From contig CAIKZD010000007.1 in the NCBI GenBank assembly GCA_903831805.1, positions 7,886 through 71,885 on the forward strand: a stretch of 64,000 nucleotides of DNA, in the 5' to 3' direction. The position numbers and the translations under genes are program-made. The notes under the pieces are model-generated. The model had not been told where the DNA came from. It searched no databases and saw only the letters and a program-made list of their open reading frames with translations. Source of the DNA: an uncultured bacterium (GTDB lineage: Bacteria; Patescibacteriota; Minisyncoccia; Moranbacterales; UBA2206). Below, piece by piece: positions 19,646 to 29,633 of the stretch. How positions within the stretch are numbered: the first letter of the stretch is position 1; each line of letters opens with the position of its first letter.

Positions 19646-20261
19646 ACTGCGTGCTTTTTGTAGAACGATCCAGCGAGTTAGTTTTGTGTCGTCCGGCTAA
19701 GCGACTTTGTCGCGGAGCCACAGTGAAAGCGAGCTTTAACCGGCGAACAACGATGGCACGAACTAGACCCGAAGCCAGGTGAGCTATTTATGAGCAGGGT
19801 GAATTTGCTGTAACAGGCAAAGGAGGCCCGAACCCACGCACCGTGCAACATGCGGGGATGACTTGTGAATAGAGGAGAAATTCCAATCGAACTTGGCGAT
19901 AGCTGGTTCTTCCCGAAATAGCTTGAGGGCTAGCGTTGGGACAACTATGTTTTGGAGGTAGAGCTACTGAATGAGGATTCGCGGTTCGCCGTAGGGTTCT
20001 CAACCAAACTCCGAATTCCAAAACAATTATCCCAGCAGTCAGAACTCCGGGGCTAAGCTCGGAGCTCAAAAGGGAAAAAGCCCATGACCGCCGTCTAAGG
20101 TCCCAAAATCTATGTTAAGTGGGAAAGGAGGTGAAGTTTCTTATACATCTAGGAGGTTGGCTCAGAAGCAGCCATCCTTTAAAGAGTGCGTAACAGCTCA
20201 CTAGTCTAGAGACTTTGCGCCGAAAATTCAACGGGGCTCAAACATAGTACCGAAGACGCGG

Positions 20262-20421
20262 ATGCCGTACATAGTACAGAATGTCAAAATCCCAATGCCA
20301 AATGTCAAATAAATTCCAAAATCCAAATGACAAAAATTCCAAATTAATTTGAAATTTAGTCATTTGACATTTATTTGAAATTTGAGCTTTGAAATTTGAA
20401 ATTCCGCACTGTGTGCGGCGT
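20262..20421 (+). other. 23S intervening sequence at helix 45
   Basis: Stem atgccgtacatagt/actgtgtgcggcgt enclosing 7-mer inverted repeats, between ccgaagacgcgg and ggtagggaagcgttc. Confidence 0.82.
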
Positions 20422-21130
20422 GGTAGGGAAGCGTTCCATACGCGCTGAAGCGGCATGCGTGAGCATCCGTGGAGTGTATGGAAGTGAGAATGCTGGAATT
20501 AGTAACCGCAATTGGAGTGAGAACCTCCGACACCGAAAGTCTAAGGTTTCCTGGGCAATGTCAATCATCTCAGGGTTAGTCGGTCCTAAGGCGAGGTCGA
20601 AAGGCGTAGTCGATGGACATAAGGTTAATATTCCTTAACTTCGGTATGATTCGATGGAGTGACGCATTTTAGTAGTTCTTGCCGATTATTGGATTTCGGT
20701 AGGGGTACTGAGGAAGTGAGACAGGCAAATCCGTTTCACAATATTCCAAGGTATTTCTGGAACTCGCCTCACCGGCGAGGAACAAGAATGAGCAGAGTGC
20801 CAAGAAAAGCTTCTAAGATTAGTCATATCGAAACCGTACTAAAACCGACACAGGTAGACTGGGCGAGTAGCCTAAGGTGAACGAGTGAACCTTCGTTAAG
20901 GAACTCGGCAAAACAGCGTCCGTAACTTAGGGATATGGACCGCCGACCGCAAGGTCGGCCGCAGCGAAAGATACCAAGCGACTGTTTACCAAAAACACAG
21001 GTCTCTGCAAACCCGTAAGGGGAAGTATAGGGGCTGACGCCTGACCAGTGCTGGAACGTTAACGGGAGAGGTGCAAGCCAATCCCCGAAGCGCCAGTGAA
21101 CGTCAGCGATAACTATAATCGTTCTAAGGT

Positions 21131-21911
21131 TCTGTAATTTTTTATAAAGATTACAGAAAGACTGGAACGATTATGGGGATGTAATGGTAAATAAACAGAA
21201 TAGTTAAAAAAGGAAAAATAACTGCCTAGTTGCGTAATTAATTACGTAATTGTCTTAAAACATTTAGCCGTATGCTGGGAACTCTGGTGAATCTGGAGCT
21301 ACTATGGTACAATTATTCCATAGATTATTTAATGGAAAAATATGCCAAGTAAAAAAGCTGCCAGTGCAGACAATCAGCAGGAAAGACTAAAAATGATTGG
21401 TTGGATAGTTGGTTATGTTGACGGAGAAGGATGTTTCTCGGTAAGTCTCTTTAGAAATAAAACTACAAAATTTGGGTGGCAAGTGTTTCCTGAATTTGTA
21501 GTTACGCAAGGCGAAAAAAGCAAGAAATCGCTTGAAATTTTGATAAAATTTTTCAAGTGTGGAAAAGTTTTCGTAAACAAAAGATATGACGATCATAACG
21601 AAAATGTTTATCGCTATTGTGTAAGGTCTAAAAAAGATTTAACTGAGATTATAATTCCATTCTTCAGAAATAATCAATTGAAAACGGCCAAGAAGGGAGA
21701 TTTTAAAATTTTTGCGAAAATCATTGAGATGATGAATGGAAATGTTCACTCAGAATTGAAAGGAGTAAAAAAAATTGCAAAAATGATTGAAAAAATGAAT
21801 CACAAAAAACCTTCTAAGTTTTTAGAATCCTCAGAGACTAAACGCTAGATTCGCCTTCTGGGCGAAAAATTATAGTCCGTTCTCTTGGGCGACCAAGAGT
21901 TAACACAAAAG
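21131..21911 (+). mobile_element. Group I intron in 23S rRNA (site equivalent to E. coli 1931)
   Basis: Splits ctaaggt|agcgaaattcc; exon ends in U, intron ends in G; core motifs atgctgggaa (P), aatcagcagg (Q), tcagagacta (R), atagtcc (S). Confidence 0.93.
21342..21848 (+). CDS. Intron-encoded single-motif LAGLIDADG homing endonuclease
   Basis: WIVGYVDGEGCFSV motif, FVVTQ, IIPFF..NQLKTAKKGDF; start may be ATG 21393. Confidence 0.93.
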   Translation: MPSKKAASADNQQERLKMIGWIVGYVDGEGCFSVSLFRNKTTKFGWQVFPEFVVTQGEKSKKSLEILIKFFKCGKVFVNKRYDDHNENVYRYCVRSKKDLTEIIIPFFRNNQLKTAKKGDFKIFAKIIEMMNGNVHSELKGVKKIAKMIEKMNHKKPSKFLESSETKR

Positions 21912-22189
21912 AGCGAAATTCCTTGGCAGGTAAGTTCTGTCCTGCATCAAAGGCGTAACGACTTGGTAACTGTCTTAACGAAGAGCTCGGTGAAATTGCA
22001 ATGACGGTAAAGATGCCGTCGACCTGCAGCAAGACGAAAAGACCCCGTGGAGCTTTACTACAACTTGGTATTGAATTTGAGATTATATTGCCTAGGATAG
22101 GTGGGAGACTTTGAAGCTTCGACTTCGGTCGAAGGGGAGTCAACCTTGTAATACCACCCTGTGTGATTTTAAATTCTAACCCTGGACTG

Positions 22190-22303
22190 TTATGAGTTTT
22201 TCTAAAACTTATGATAGAACTGGCAAAAAACAAAGTTGTGAAGTTATCAAAATCTAACAAAGTTTTTTGCGGTTCAAAATTATATCGTTTTGGTTATTCA
22301 TAC
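22190..22303 (+). other. ~114-nt AT-rich insertion in 23S helix 79 region
   Basis: Between ttctaaccctggactg and cagtccgggacagtg, where a short loop is normal. Confidence 0.7.
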
Positions 22304-22519
22304 CAGTCCGGGGACAGTGCCTGGTGGGTAGTTTGACTGGGGCGGTCTCCTCCTAAATGGCAACGGAGGAGTTTACAAAGGTCGGTTAGGTCCGGATGGA
22401 AATCGGATCGATAGTGCAAACGCATAAACCGGCTTTACTGCGAGACACATAAGTCAATCAGTCACGAAAGTGGAAGTTAGTGAACCGACTATCGCTTATA
22501 GGAGCGTAGAAGATCATCA

Positions 22520-22552
<33 letters not shown>

Positions 22553-22578
22553 CCTCCCAAGAGTTCACATCGACGGAG

Positions 22579-22638
<60 letters not shown>

Positions 22639-23343
22639 TGGCTGTTCGCCAATTAAAGCGGTACGCGAGCTGGGTTCAAACCGTCGTGAGACAGGTTGGT
22701 CTCCTATCTGCTGTAGGCGTTATTGCTTGAGAGGACTCTTTCCTAGTACGAGAGGACCGGAAAGAACGAACCTCTGGTGTACCAGCTGTTCCGCCAGGAG
22801 CATTGCTGGGTAGCTACGTTCGGACGGGATAACCGCTGAAAGCATATAAGCGGGAAGCCCACCTCAAGATTAGGCAATTCTTGATGCTTGCATCAAGATG
22901 ATTTCCTGGGAGATGACCAGGTTGATAGGTCTCAGGTCTAAGTGGAGTGATCCATTAAGCCGAGAGATACTAATAAATTAAACATTATCTCTCTTAAGTT
23001 TCGATTAGCGAATTGCCGCGAATGTTAACGCGAGTGTTTGCAAATTTATTTGCAATCTATTCGTTTTCTCATTCGCGAAACATTCGTGAGTCTGTTAGCA
23101 GTTAACAGTTTCTAAAAAAAACTGAAAAGCAATTTAACAAACTATCTCATATCAAGCGTTTTTAAGCGATTAAAGACGTTGCCATTTTTGTCTATGAGAA
23201 AATTAAAAAACAGTTTCAAGTTCATTTTGACAATTTTTACCCTCACGACTTTGACCCTGATTTTCTTTTTGTTTTTTTCTCCCATGATTAAAACTTTTTA
23301 GGATAATCAAAAATCAAATAACGTTAAAGATTTGAATGCAAAG

Positions 23344-23460
23344 TTCCCAGTGTTTCTAGCGGCGAGGAAACACCCGATCCCATTCCGAACTCGGAAGTTA
23401 AGCTTGCCAGCCCCGATGGTATCTGTCCTTGTGGCAGGAAGAGTAGGACAATGCTGGGAA
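23344..23460 (+). rRNA. rrf: 5S rRNA
   Basis: acacccgatcccattccgaactcggaagttaag and gagtagg; terminal stem ttcccag/ctgggaa. Confidence 0.95.
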
Positions 23461-23563
23461 CTATGCATTTAAACTTTGAAGAAAACTGGAAAGCGTGCCT
23501 CTTAGGGTAGGCTTTTTTGTTTCGGCAAGGGGCTCGTTCATGGGAGATTAATAATGAACACGG

Positions 23564-23613
23564 GATTCCTAAGGTCCGACCTTTGGATATCCAAAGGTCG
23601 GACCTTAGGAATC
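23564..23613. repeat. Perfect 50-bp REP-like palindrome (AAGGTCCGACCTT variant)
   Basis: gattcctaaggtccgacctttggat|atccaaaggtcggaccttaggaatc; related to 2625-2676. Confidence 0.92.
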
Positions 23614-23848
23614 AGCTCTGCCTTTTTTGTGGATAATTTTGAATTAAAATGCTTTAAATCAGGCATTTTCGTCTCTTTACAAAAAGTTGATTCGGGTGTA
23701 TAATACTGGGTCGGTGTAAATTGTCCTTTAAAAACCCAATTTTGCAATTTGCCACAGCAGAAAGGATTTTTTTGAAGAATTCTTTCTGCTGTGGCGAAAC
23801 CGATTGGCCAAGTCCAACAGCGACAATCTATTTTATAGAGAGGTGTGC

Positions 23849-24908
23849 GATGAAAAAAGTTGCGAGCCGACCAATAGAGGGAATAATTGAGTTTGTAAAA
23901 CAAATGGGAACAGTCCACGAGGCTGAGCGCATGATTATTGAGGCAGGGGGAATGAGTATATTCCAGTGGGCAATTACCGATCCGAACTTCCGTTATGATC
24001 TGGTGGCATTTGCCAATGACTATGTCCCAAGTGCGCTTAACTATGCAGCTCTACTCAAATGGTTTCAAGACAACAAGCTGGAAAGGTTTCTTTCCACCGG
24101 CAGTCTTGAAAAAAACATCAAGGAGCAGGAAATTTTTTATCAGAGATTTTATGGTAAAAGTTTCCGCATCGACCGCAAAAAGATTTTTGTCGATGCCTGG
24201 AGATTGCCAGCTATCAAGGTTGGACTGAAGGCGGGCAGTATAAACATCGCTTTGCTCAAAGCTACTCCGGAAATCCAGTCTGAGGTGGAAATACAAATGA
24301 CAGAAGTGGAATTTTTCTTCGATCGGATAATGAAACCGCTCAAAGAAAATAGCTTCAGAATCTGGGCGGAAGAGGGAGTTGACCGCTGGACCAACTTGAA
24401 ACTGGCAGAGTTTTTGCGCCGCTGCAGTCCGACGGAGCCGGAAGATTTTGATGCCGAAGCTTTCAAAAAAGATTGGGCGAAAGAAATAATTCGCATAATC
24501 AAAAAGAAAAGAGTGTTGCCGAATGTGACGACGGGCGCACTGGAAATAATTTTCACCAGCAACTTGGTGAATATCCCCAGTGACCAAATCATCGTCAATA
24601 AAAACGGCGAAATAGTTACTCCGGATGACCGCTCCTATGTTTCGGCCATAGCCAAAAACGTGAGAGTGCTTTCCAATGCAGAAGGGATTATTCTGGCGAG
24701 CCAGCTTTTCGCCAAGGATGGAACCTATCTGGCTCCCAATACTTGGGAATGGAGACGGGACTTGGTTGAGCATCAAGATAAAAAAACCAGCCCCTTTGCT
24801 TCAGTCGCGATCGTCGATTCTGGTGGCCACGAGTTCGGGCTCAGCTCCGCTGTGCTGACTGCTCCGATGGCGGCGGCCGTTTGCGTCTTGCCCTATAATT
24901 TCGGGTAG
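23849..24908 (+). CDS. DGR2 target protein (probable CLec/FGE-like C-terminus), last ~17 codons frameshifted by a 1-nt VR deletion
   Basis: Contains VR2 at 3' end; NTWEW motif; the TR frame would end ...GGGRLRLAL* at 24898. ATG 23849 follows gagaggtg RBS. Confidence 0.85.
24797..24895 (+). repeat. DGR2 variable region (VR2)
   Basis: Matches 25224-25323 with 18 substitutions (16 A>G, 2 A>T) and one 1-nt gap, all at TR adenines. Confidence 0.95.
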
Positions 24909-24983
24909 ATGCCGAAGGCGAGGATTTTGGATCTGTTTCCGCGAAGCGGAACAGGGAGTTTGGATAAAAAATTTCCAGATTTC

Positions 24984-25016
24984 AGCCCACGATGTAAATC
25001 ATCGTGGGCTTTTTTT
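24984..25016 (+). terminator. Rho-independent terminator after DGR2 target
   Basis: agcccacgatg-taaat-catcgtgggct followed by T-run. Confidence 0.85.
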
Positions 25017-25223
25017 ATTGCAAAAAAATATGCTAAAATAAGCTTGAGCTCAGAGAGTGTTCGTACGCGACACTTTCCTCGTAACAAAACCCGAAGTTCA
25101 GCGCGTTTCCAGGGACGGAGAATAATGAAATTTATGCTAGCGTCCAAACAGAGGCTAAGATAATTGGCTATGAAAAGCGGAGCAATCTTCTTTTTGAAAT
25201 TATGGATGGAAACGGTGCTATAA

Positions 25224-25323
25224 TGCTTCAGTCGCAATCGTCAATTCTGATGACCACGAGTTCAAGCTCAACTCCAACAATGCTGACAACTCCAATGACA
25301 ACAACCGTTTGCGTCTTGCCCTA
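25224..25323 (+). ncRNA. DGR2 template region (TR2)
   Basis: AAC/AAT/GAC-rich copy of VR2; 3' flank acacttcggg versus VR taatttcggg (IMH*/IMH-like). Confidence 0.93.
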
Positions 25324-25716
25324 ACACTTCGGGCCTTTTGTCTTTTTGAGCCAACCACCGATTTCTCTCCCGATGGAAACGATAGTTTCCAATTGGGAAG
25401 AATACCACCCAGTGGAAATGAATTTTTTGTCCACGGCCAGCCGCAGAGATTTTTTGAATAAATCAAAATTGGCGCTGGCCAGTGGCAGATAGATCTGGTT
25501 ATGAAGTGAAATCAGGGCAGCTTTATGCGTTTCGTTCAAAAAAAGCAAGATTTCTTTTCCCAAAAAATTTCTATCCATCTTGGGGAAATTTTGCACGCGA
25601 TCATAACAATTTCCGTATAATTTTTCTAATTCAGCAAATAATTTGGGCTGATTATTTTTATGAACGATATTCGTGGTAACGACTTCGCTGGGGGGGGGTC
25701 TTAGCGGGAATGCCAT
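25321..25716 (-). CDS. avd: DGR2 Avd-like four-helix bundle protein
   Basis: FPKMDRNFLGKEI, FKKSLRLAVDKKFI, IGREIGGWLK; lies between TR2 and RT2. Confidence 0.85.
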   Translation of the reverse strand: MAFPLRPPPSEVVTTNIVHKNNQPKLFAELEKLYGNCYDRVQNFPKMDRNFLGKEILLFLNETHKAALISLHNQIYLPLASANFDLFKKSLRLAVDKKFISTGWYSSQLETIVSIGREIGGWLKKTKGPKC

Positions 25717-26731
25717 TTGTCATAATGATATTTTTGAAAAAATTATTTCTTTAGAAAATTTGTTTTCAGCTTGGCAAGAATTTAGCAGGGGAAAGATGAA
25801 AAAGAAGGATGTCTTGGAATTTAAAATAAAATTGGAAGAAAATATTTTCCATCTCCATCAAACACTTAAAAACAAAACCTACCAGCATTCCCATTATACC
25901 GCATTTAACGTATATGACCCAAAACTGAGAAAAATTCATAAGGCCACGGTCATGGATAGAGTTTTGCATCATGCGATTTTTAGGATTTTATATCCACTTT
26001 TTGATCCAAGCTTTATTTGGGACTCCTATTCTTGCAGGATGGGAAAGGGTAGTCACCGAGCAGTCAAAAAATTGGAAAAATTCACAAGAAAAGCAAGTCA
26101 AAATAACAAAAGAAATATCTTTGCTTTGAAATGCGATATAAGAAAGTTTTTTGACTCTATTAACCAAGAAATTTTGCTGGAAATAATCCGAAGAAAAATA
26201 CAAGACAGAGATGCTTTATGGCTGATTGAAAAAATAATCCAAAGTTTCCCGGCAGGTTTGCCGCTGGGAAACGTCACCAGCCAAATTTTTGCCAACATCT
26301 ATTTGAATGAGCTGGATCAATTCGTGAAACATAATCTCAAAGAAAAATATTACCTGCGTTATTGCGATGATTTTATAATCTTGGGCGAAAGTGAAGAATG
26401 GCTGAAAAATATAATTCCAAAGATTGCTTGCTTCTTGCAGGAAAATCTACAGATCACGCTTCACCCGAATAAAATCAGTATCAGAAAATTCAGTCAAGGG
26501 ATAGATTTTTTGGGCTATGTGGTTTTGCCGCATCATAGAGTTTTGCGAACCAAGACCAAAAAAAGAATGATGAAAAAAATATCCCTGAAACAGAAAATGT
26601 ACCAGGAGGGTTTGGTTTCTGAGGAATCGCTCAATCAAAGCGTGCAATCGTATTTGGGAGTGCTGGAGCATTGTGAGGGGTGTGGGGTGGCGAGGGAGAT
26701 GGAAAGGACAATCGACAAGGCTAATGGATAA
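25673..26731 (+). CDS. DGR2 reverse transcriptase
   Basis: IISLENLFSAW, DPKLRKIHKATVMDRVLHHA, GLPLGNVTSQIFAN, YLRYCDDF, GIDFLGY; G9 tract at 25690-25698 in the 5' end. Confidence 0.95.
   Translation: MVTTSLGGGLSGNAICHNDIFEKIISLENLFSAWQEFSRGKMKKKDVLEFKIKLEENIFHLHQTLKNKTYQHSHYTAFNVYDPKLRKIHKATVMDRVLHHAIFRILYPLFDPSFIWDSYSCRMGKGSHRAVKKLEKFTRKASQNNKRNIFALKCDIRKFFDSINQEILLEIIRRKIQDRDALWLIEKIIQSFPAGLPLGNVTSQIFANIYLNELDQFVKHNLKEKYYLRYCDDFIILGESEEWLKNIIPKIACFLQENLQITLHPNKISIRKFSQGIDFLGYVVLPHHRVLRTKTKKRMMKKISLKQKMYQEGLVSEESLNQSVQSYLGVLEHCEGCGVAREMERTIDKANG
25690..25698. repeat. G9/C9 homopolymer shared by the overlapping 5' ends of RT2 (+) and avd2 (-)
   Basis: Directly visible; GGG in RT frame, PPP in Avd frame. 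Confidence 0.92.
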
Positions 26732-26880
26732 AATACGGCAGAGTCCTCTTTTTTCACTTCGCTGGCGCGCGTTCAAAAAGAGAGACTCCGCCAAGGGGAG
26801 TGCCGCGGCTCTGTAGGTATATTGCGTAAAAAATCATTGAGTGATAAGATAACAGTATTAAAAACAAAAAACTAAAATAG

Positions 26881-27555
26881 ATGCGGCAGGCCGAATTCGC
26901 TAATGGGGAATATTATCACATCTACAATCGTGGCGTGGATAAGCGCGAGGTGTTTTTGGATGAGGCGGATTATATTAGATTCTTGACCAGTATGCGTGAA
27001 TTCAATAGCATTTTAGATAGGGAAGAAAGACTAAGAAAATTGGAAAAGGAAAAATCGGAGTCCAACTCCGATTCGGAGTTGGACTCCGATTTTTCCGCCT
27101 CCACAGAACAAAAGTTGGTTGAAATTATTTGTTATTGCTTGAATCCGAATCATTACCATTTTATACTGAGGCAATTGCAGAAAAATGGCATCAGTAGATT
27201 TATGCAGAAAGTTGGAACTGGCTATACAAACTATTTTAATAAAAAACAAAATCGTTCCGGTGCACTCTTCCAAGGAAAATTCAAATCCATCCATATCGAC
27301 TCTAATGACTATCTGCTCTATCTGTCAGCCTACGTGAACGCTAATAATTTCATTCATGGATTTAATGAGAAGTTGGAAGATTGGGCATACTCAAGTTATC
27401 TGGACTATGCCGGACAGCGGGCAGGAAAGCTTTCCAAGAAAGAGGTTATATTGGGTCAATTTGATAATAATTTTTCGCAATATGCAAAATATATCAAAGA
27501 TAATGCGCTATACCTGAAGGAAAAAAAGGAAATGGCGAGCTATATTTTGGAATGA
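26881..27555 (+). CDS. REP-associated tyrosine transposase (RAYT), paralog of 2441-3118
   Basis: YHIYNRGVDKR, CYCLNPNHYHFIL, SGALFQGKFKS; near-identical C-terminus ILGQFDN.FSQY.KYI.DNA.YLKEKKEM. Confidence 0.9.
   Translation: MRQAEFANGEYYHIYNRGVDKREVFLDEADYIRFLTSMREFNSILDREERLRKLEKEKSESNSDSELDSDFSASTEQKLVEIICYCLNPNHYHFILRQLQKNGISRFMQKVGTGYTNYFNKKQNRSGALFQGKFKSIHIDSNDYLLYLSAYVNANNFIHGFNEKLEDWAYSSYLDYAGQRAGKLSKKEVILGQFDNNFSQYAKYIKDNALYLKEKKEMASYILE
27048..27096. repeat. Palindrome with 24-bp perfect arms inside RAYT2 CDS
   Basis: ggaaaaatcggagtccaactccga-t-tcggagttggactccgatttttcc. Confidence 0.95.
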
Positions 27556-27671
27556 GTTGGAAACTGTCTATAGCTAGGTAGGCTTTTTTGTTTTTAGGGG
27601 ATGTGCTAAAATAGCTCTATGAGATTTTATTCGTCGAATTTATTTTAAACTAATCATCTAATTTTAGCCCC

Positions 27672-28493
27672 ATGGATAAAGCGCAACGCAAAAAAATAAT
27701 CATCAGTTCCGTTTATTTGGCCATGCTCCTCCTCATTATCTGGGGGTTCTATGCCAAATTCCGCCATGTGCCGACTTGCGAAGACAGAATCAAAAATCAG
27801 AATGAAGAAGGGGTGGATTGTGGGGGAGTCTGTCAAAAAAGCTGCGGGATTGTCGCTCAGGAATTGATTGTGGGCAAGATGGGAGCGGTGCCATCCGGGA
27901 TCGCGGGTAAATATGATTTTTATGTGCAAATCACCAATCCGAATGCGACTTTTGGGGATAAAAATTTTTCTTACAAACTTAATTTCAAGGATGCCGGCGG
28001 GTCTGTCATTGCGGCGCGCCAAGGTTCAAGCTATATTTTGCCGGGTGAGCGGAAATATATCATTGAAAGCAACTTAGATGCGCCAAGTGCGCCGGCGTCT
28101 TTTGATCTCAATATCACCAACTCTGATTGGGTGGAATTTAATGATTATTATGAAAAGCCGGATTTGCAAATTGTGAATAAGAACTATAGCGAAGTTTCCG
28201 GCGGCGTCGGTTTTTCCGAAGCCTCGGGCCTCCTCAAAAACAAGAGCGCCTTTGATTTCGACCTGATCAAGGTGGAAATAATCTTGAAAGATAATGATGG
28301 AAACGTTTTGGCGTTGAACTCGACGCAGATGAAGACAGTGGCGGCGGATGAGCAACGCGATTTTCGGATTTCTTGGCCCAATAGCTTTCCGGGCACCGTG
28401 GGCAATATGGAAACGCAAGTGGAAGTTAACATCTTCAACTCAGACACCTTTCTGAAGCGGTTTTATAAGACCGAAAAATTCCAACAATACTAA
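27672..28493 (+). CDS. Membrane-anchored hypothetical protein with Cys motif and Ig-like domains
   Basis: TM helix, PTC.D.IKNQNEEGVDCGGVC..SC motif. Confidence 0.7.
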   Translation: MDKAQRKKIIISSVYLAMLLLIIWGFYAKFRHVPTCEDRIKNQNEEGVDCGGVCQKSCGIVAQELIVGKMGAVPSGIAGKYDFYVQITNPNATFGDKNFSYKLNFKDAGGSVIAARQGSSYILPGERKYIIESNLDAPSAPASFDLNITNSDWVEFNDYYEKPDLQIVNKNYSEVSGGVGFSEASGLLKNKSAFDFDLIKVEIILKDNDGNVLALNSTQMKTVAADEQRDFRISWPNSFPGTVGNMETQVEVNIFNSDTFLKRFYKTEKFQQY

Positions 28494-28506
28494 AATTAAC
28501 GTGGGA

Positions 28507-29612
28507 TGAATAAGCTTTTCAAATTGGATTGGATTTTGATAATCGCCGTAGCCTTACTCCTGACCATTGGCCTCCTTGTGATCTATAGCATTTCTTTCAA
28601 TGGTTCCGTGCTTAATGCGGCTAACTTGGAGCGGCAGATTATCTCTATCGCCATCGGTTTTGCGCTGATGTTTTTTCTGGCGTTTTCCGATTATCGTAAG
28701 CTGAATGATTATAGCACGAAGCTCTATTTCTTAATGCTTTTGATGTTGGCTGTAGTTTTGGTGGCGGGCAAAACCGTGAAGGGCCACACTGGTTGGCTGG
28801 GTTTTTCCTCCTTCAGTGTTCAACCGGTTGAGTTGGCAAAACTGATCATCATCATTTTTCTGGCCAGTTTCCTCAGTCAAAAAAGGACCCAGCTTAGCAT
28901 CGTGGTGCGCATTGTGGCTTCCATAGTGTTGATTTTTTTGCCAGTCTTTCTCATTTTGAAACAACCCGATTTGGGTTCAACGGTCATCATCTTGGCTTCC
29001 TGGGGCGCGCTCCTAGCCACGTCCGGTATCAGCAAAAAAAATCTGGCCCTGCTGGCCGTCATTGGTGCGGTGGTGCTGTCACCGGGTTGGTTCCTTATGA
29101 AAAATTACCAAAAAGATCGGATTGTAAATTTTATCGATCCCTATCGCGATCCGACGGGTAGCGGCTACAATGTCATCCAGTCTACGATTGCGGTGGGGAG
29201 CGGCCAAATGTTTGGCAAAGGCTTGGGGCACGGTTCGCAATCACAGCTTAACTTTTTGCCGGAAAAACACACGGACTTTATTTTTTCCGTCATTGCCGAA
29301 GAGCTGGGTTTTTTCGGGGCCGCCGCCGTGTTTGTGCTTTTTGGGATTATTTTTTGGCGGCTAGTAGAAGCGGCGCGCGCCTCACGAGACAACTTCGGTT
29401 ATCTTTTCGTGATTGGCACGATGGCGGTGATTTTTTTCCAGCTTTTAGTGAATGTCGGCATGAACATCGGCGTGATGCCGGTAGCCGGCGTGCCTTTGCC
29501 GCTCTTGAGCTATGGCGGCAGTTCTATGGTCACTACTTTGGCTGCTATCGGCATTGCGCAAAGCGTCTATTTGCGTAGAAAAAAATCCAATTCTTTAGAT
29601 AATCTGAATTAA
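28507..29612 (+). CDS. rodA: Rod shape-determining protein RodA (SEDS family)
   Basis: VQPVELAK, QPDLGS, GYNVIQSTIAVGSG, FLPEKHTDFIF, GVPLPLLSYGGSS. Confidence 0.93.
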
Positions 29613-29633
29613 TATTTTTAAAAAAACATACCT

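Noticed and set aside
23538-25466. ORFs 23538-23918, 24051-24776, 24893-25237, 24909-25163 and 25218-25466
   Set aside because: Shadow frames over the palindrome, target gene, terminator and TR; no recognisable motifs.
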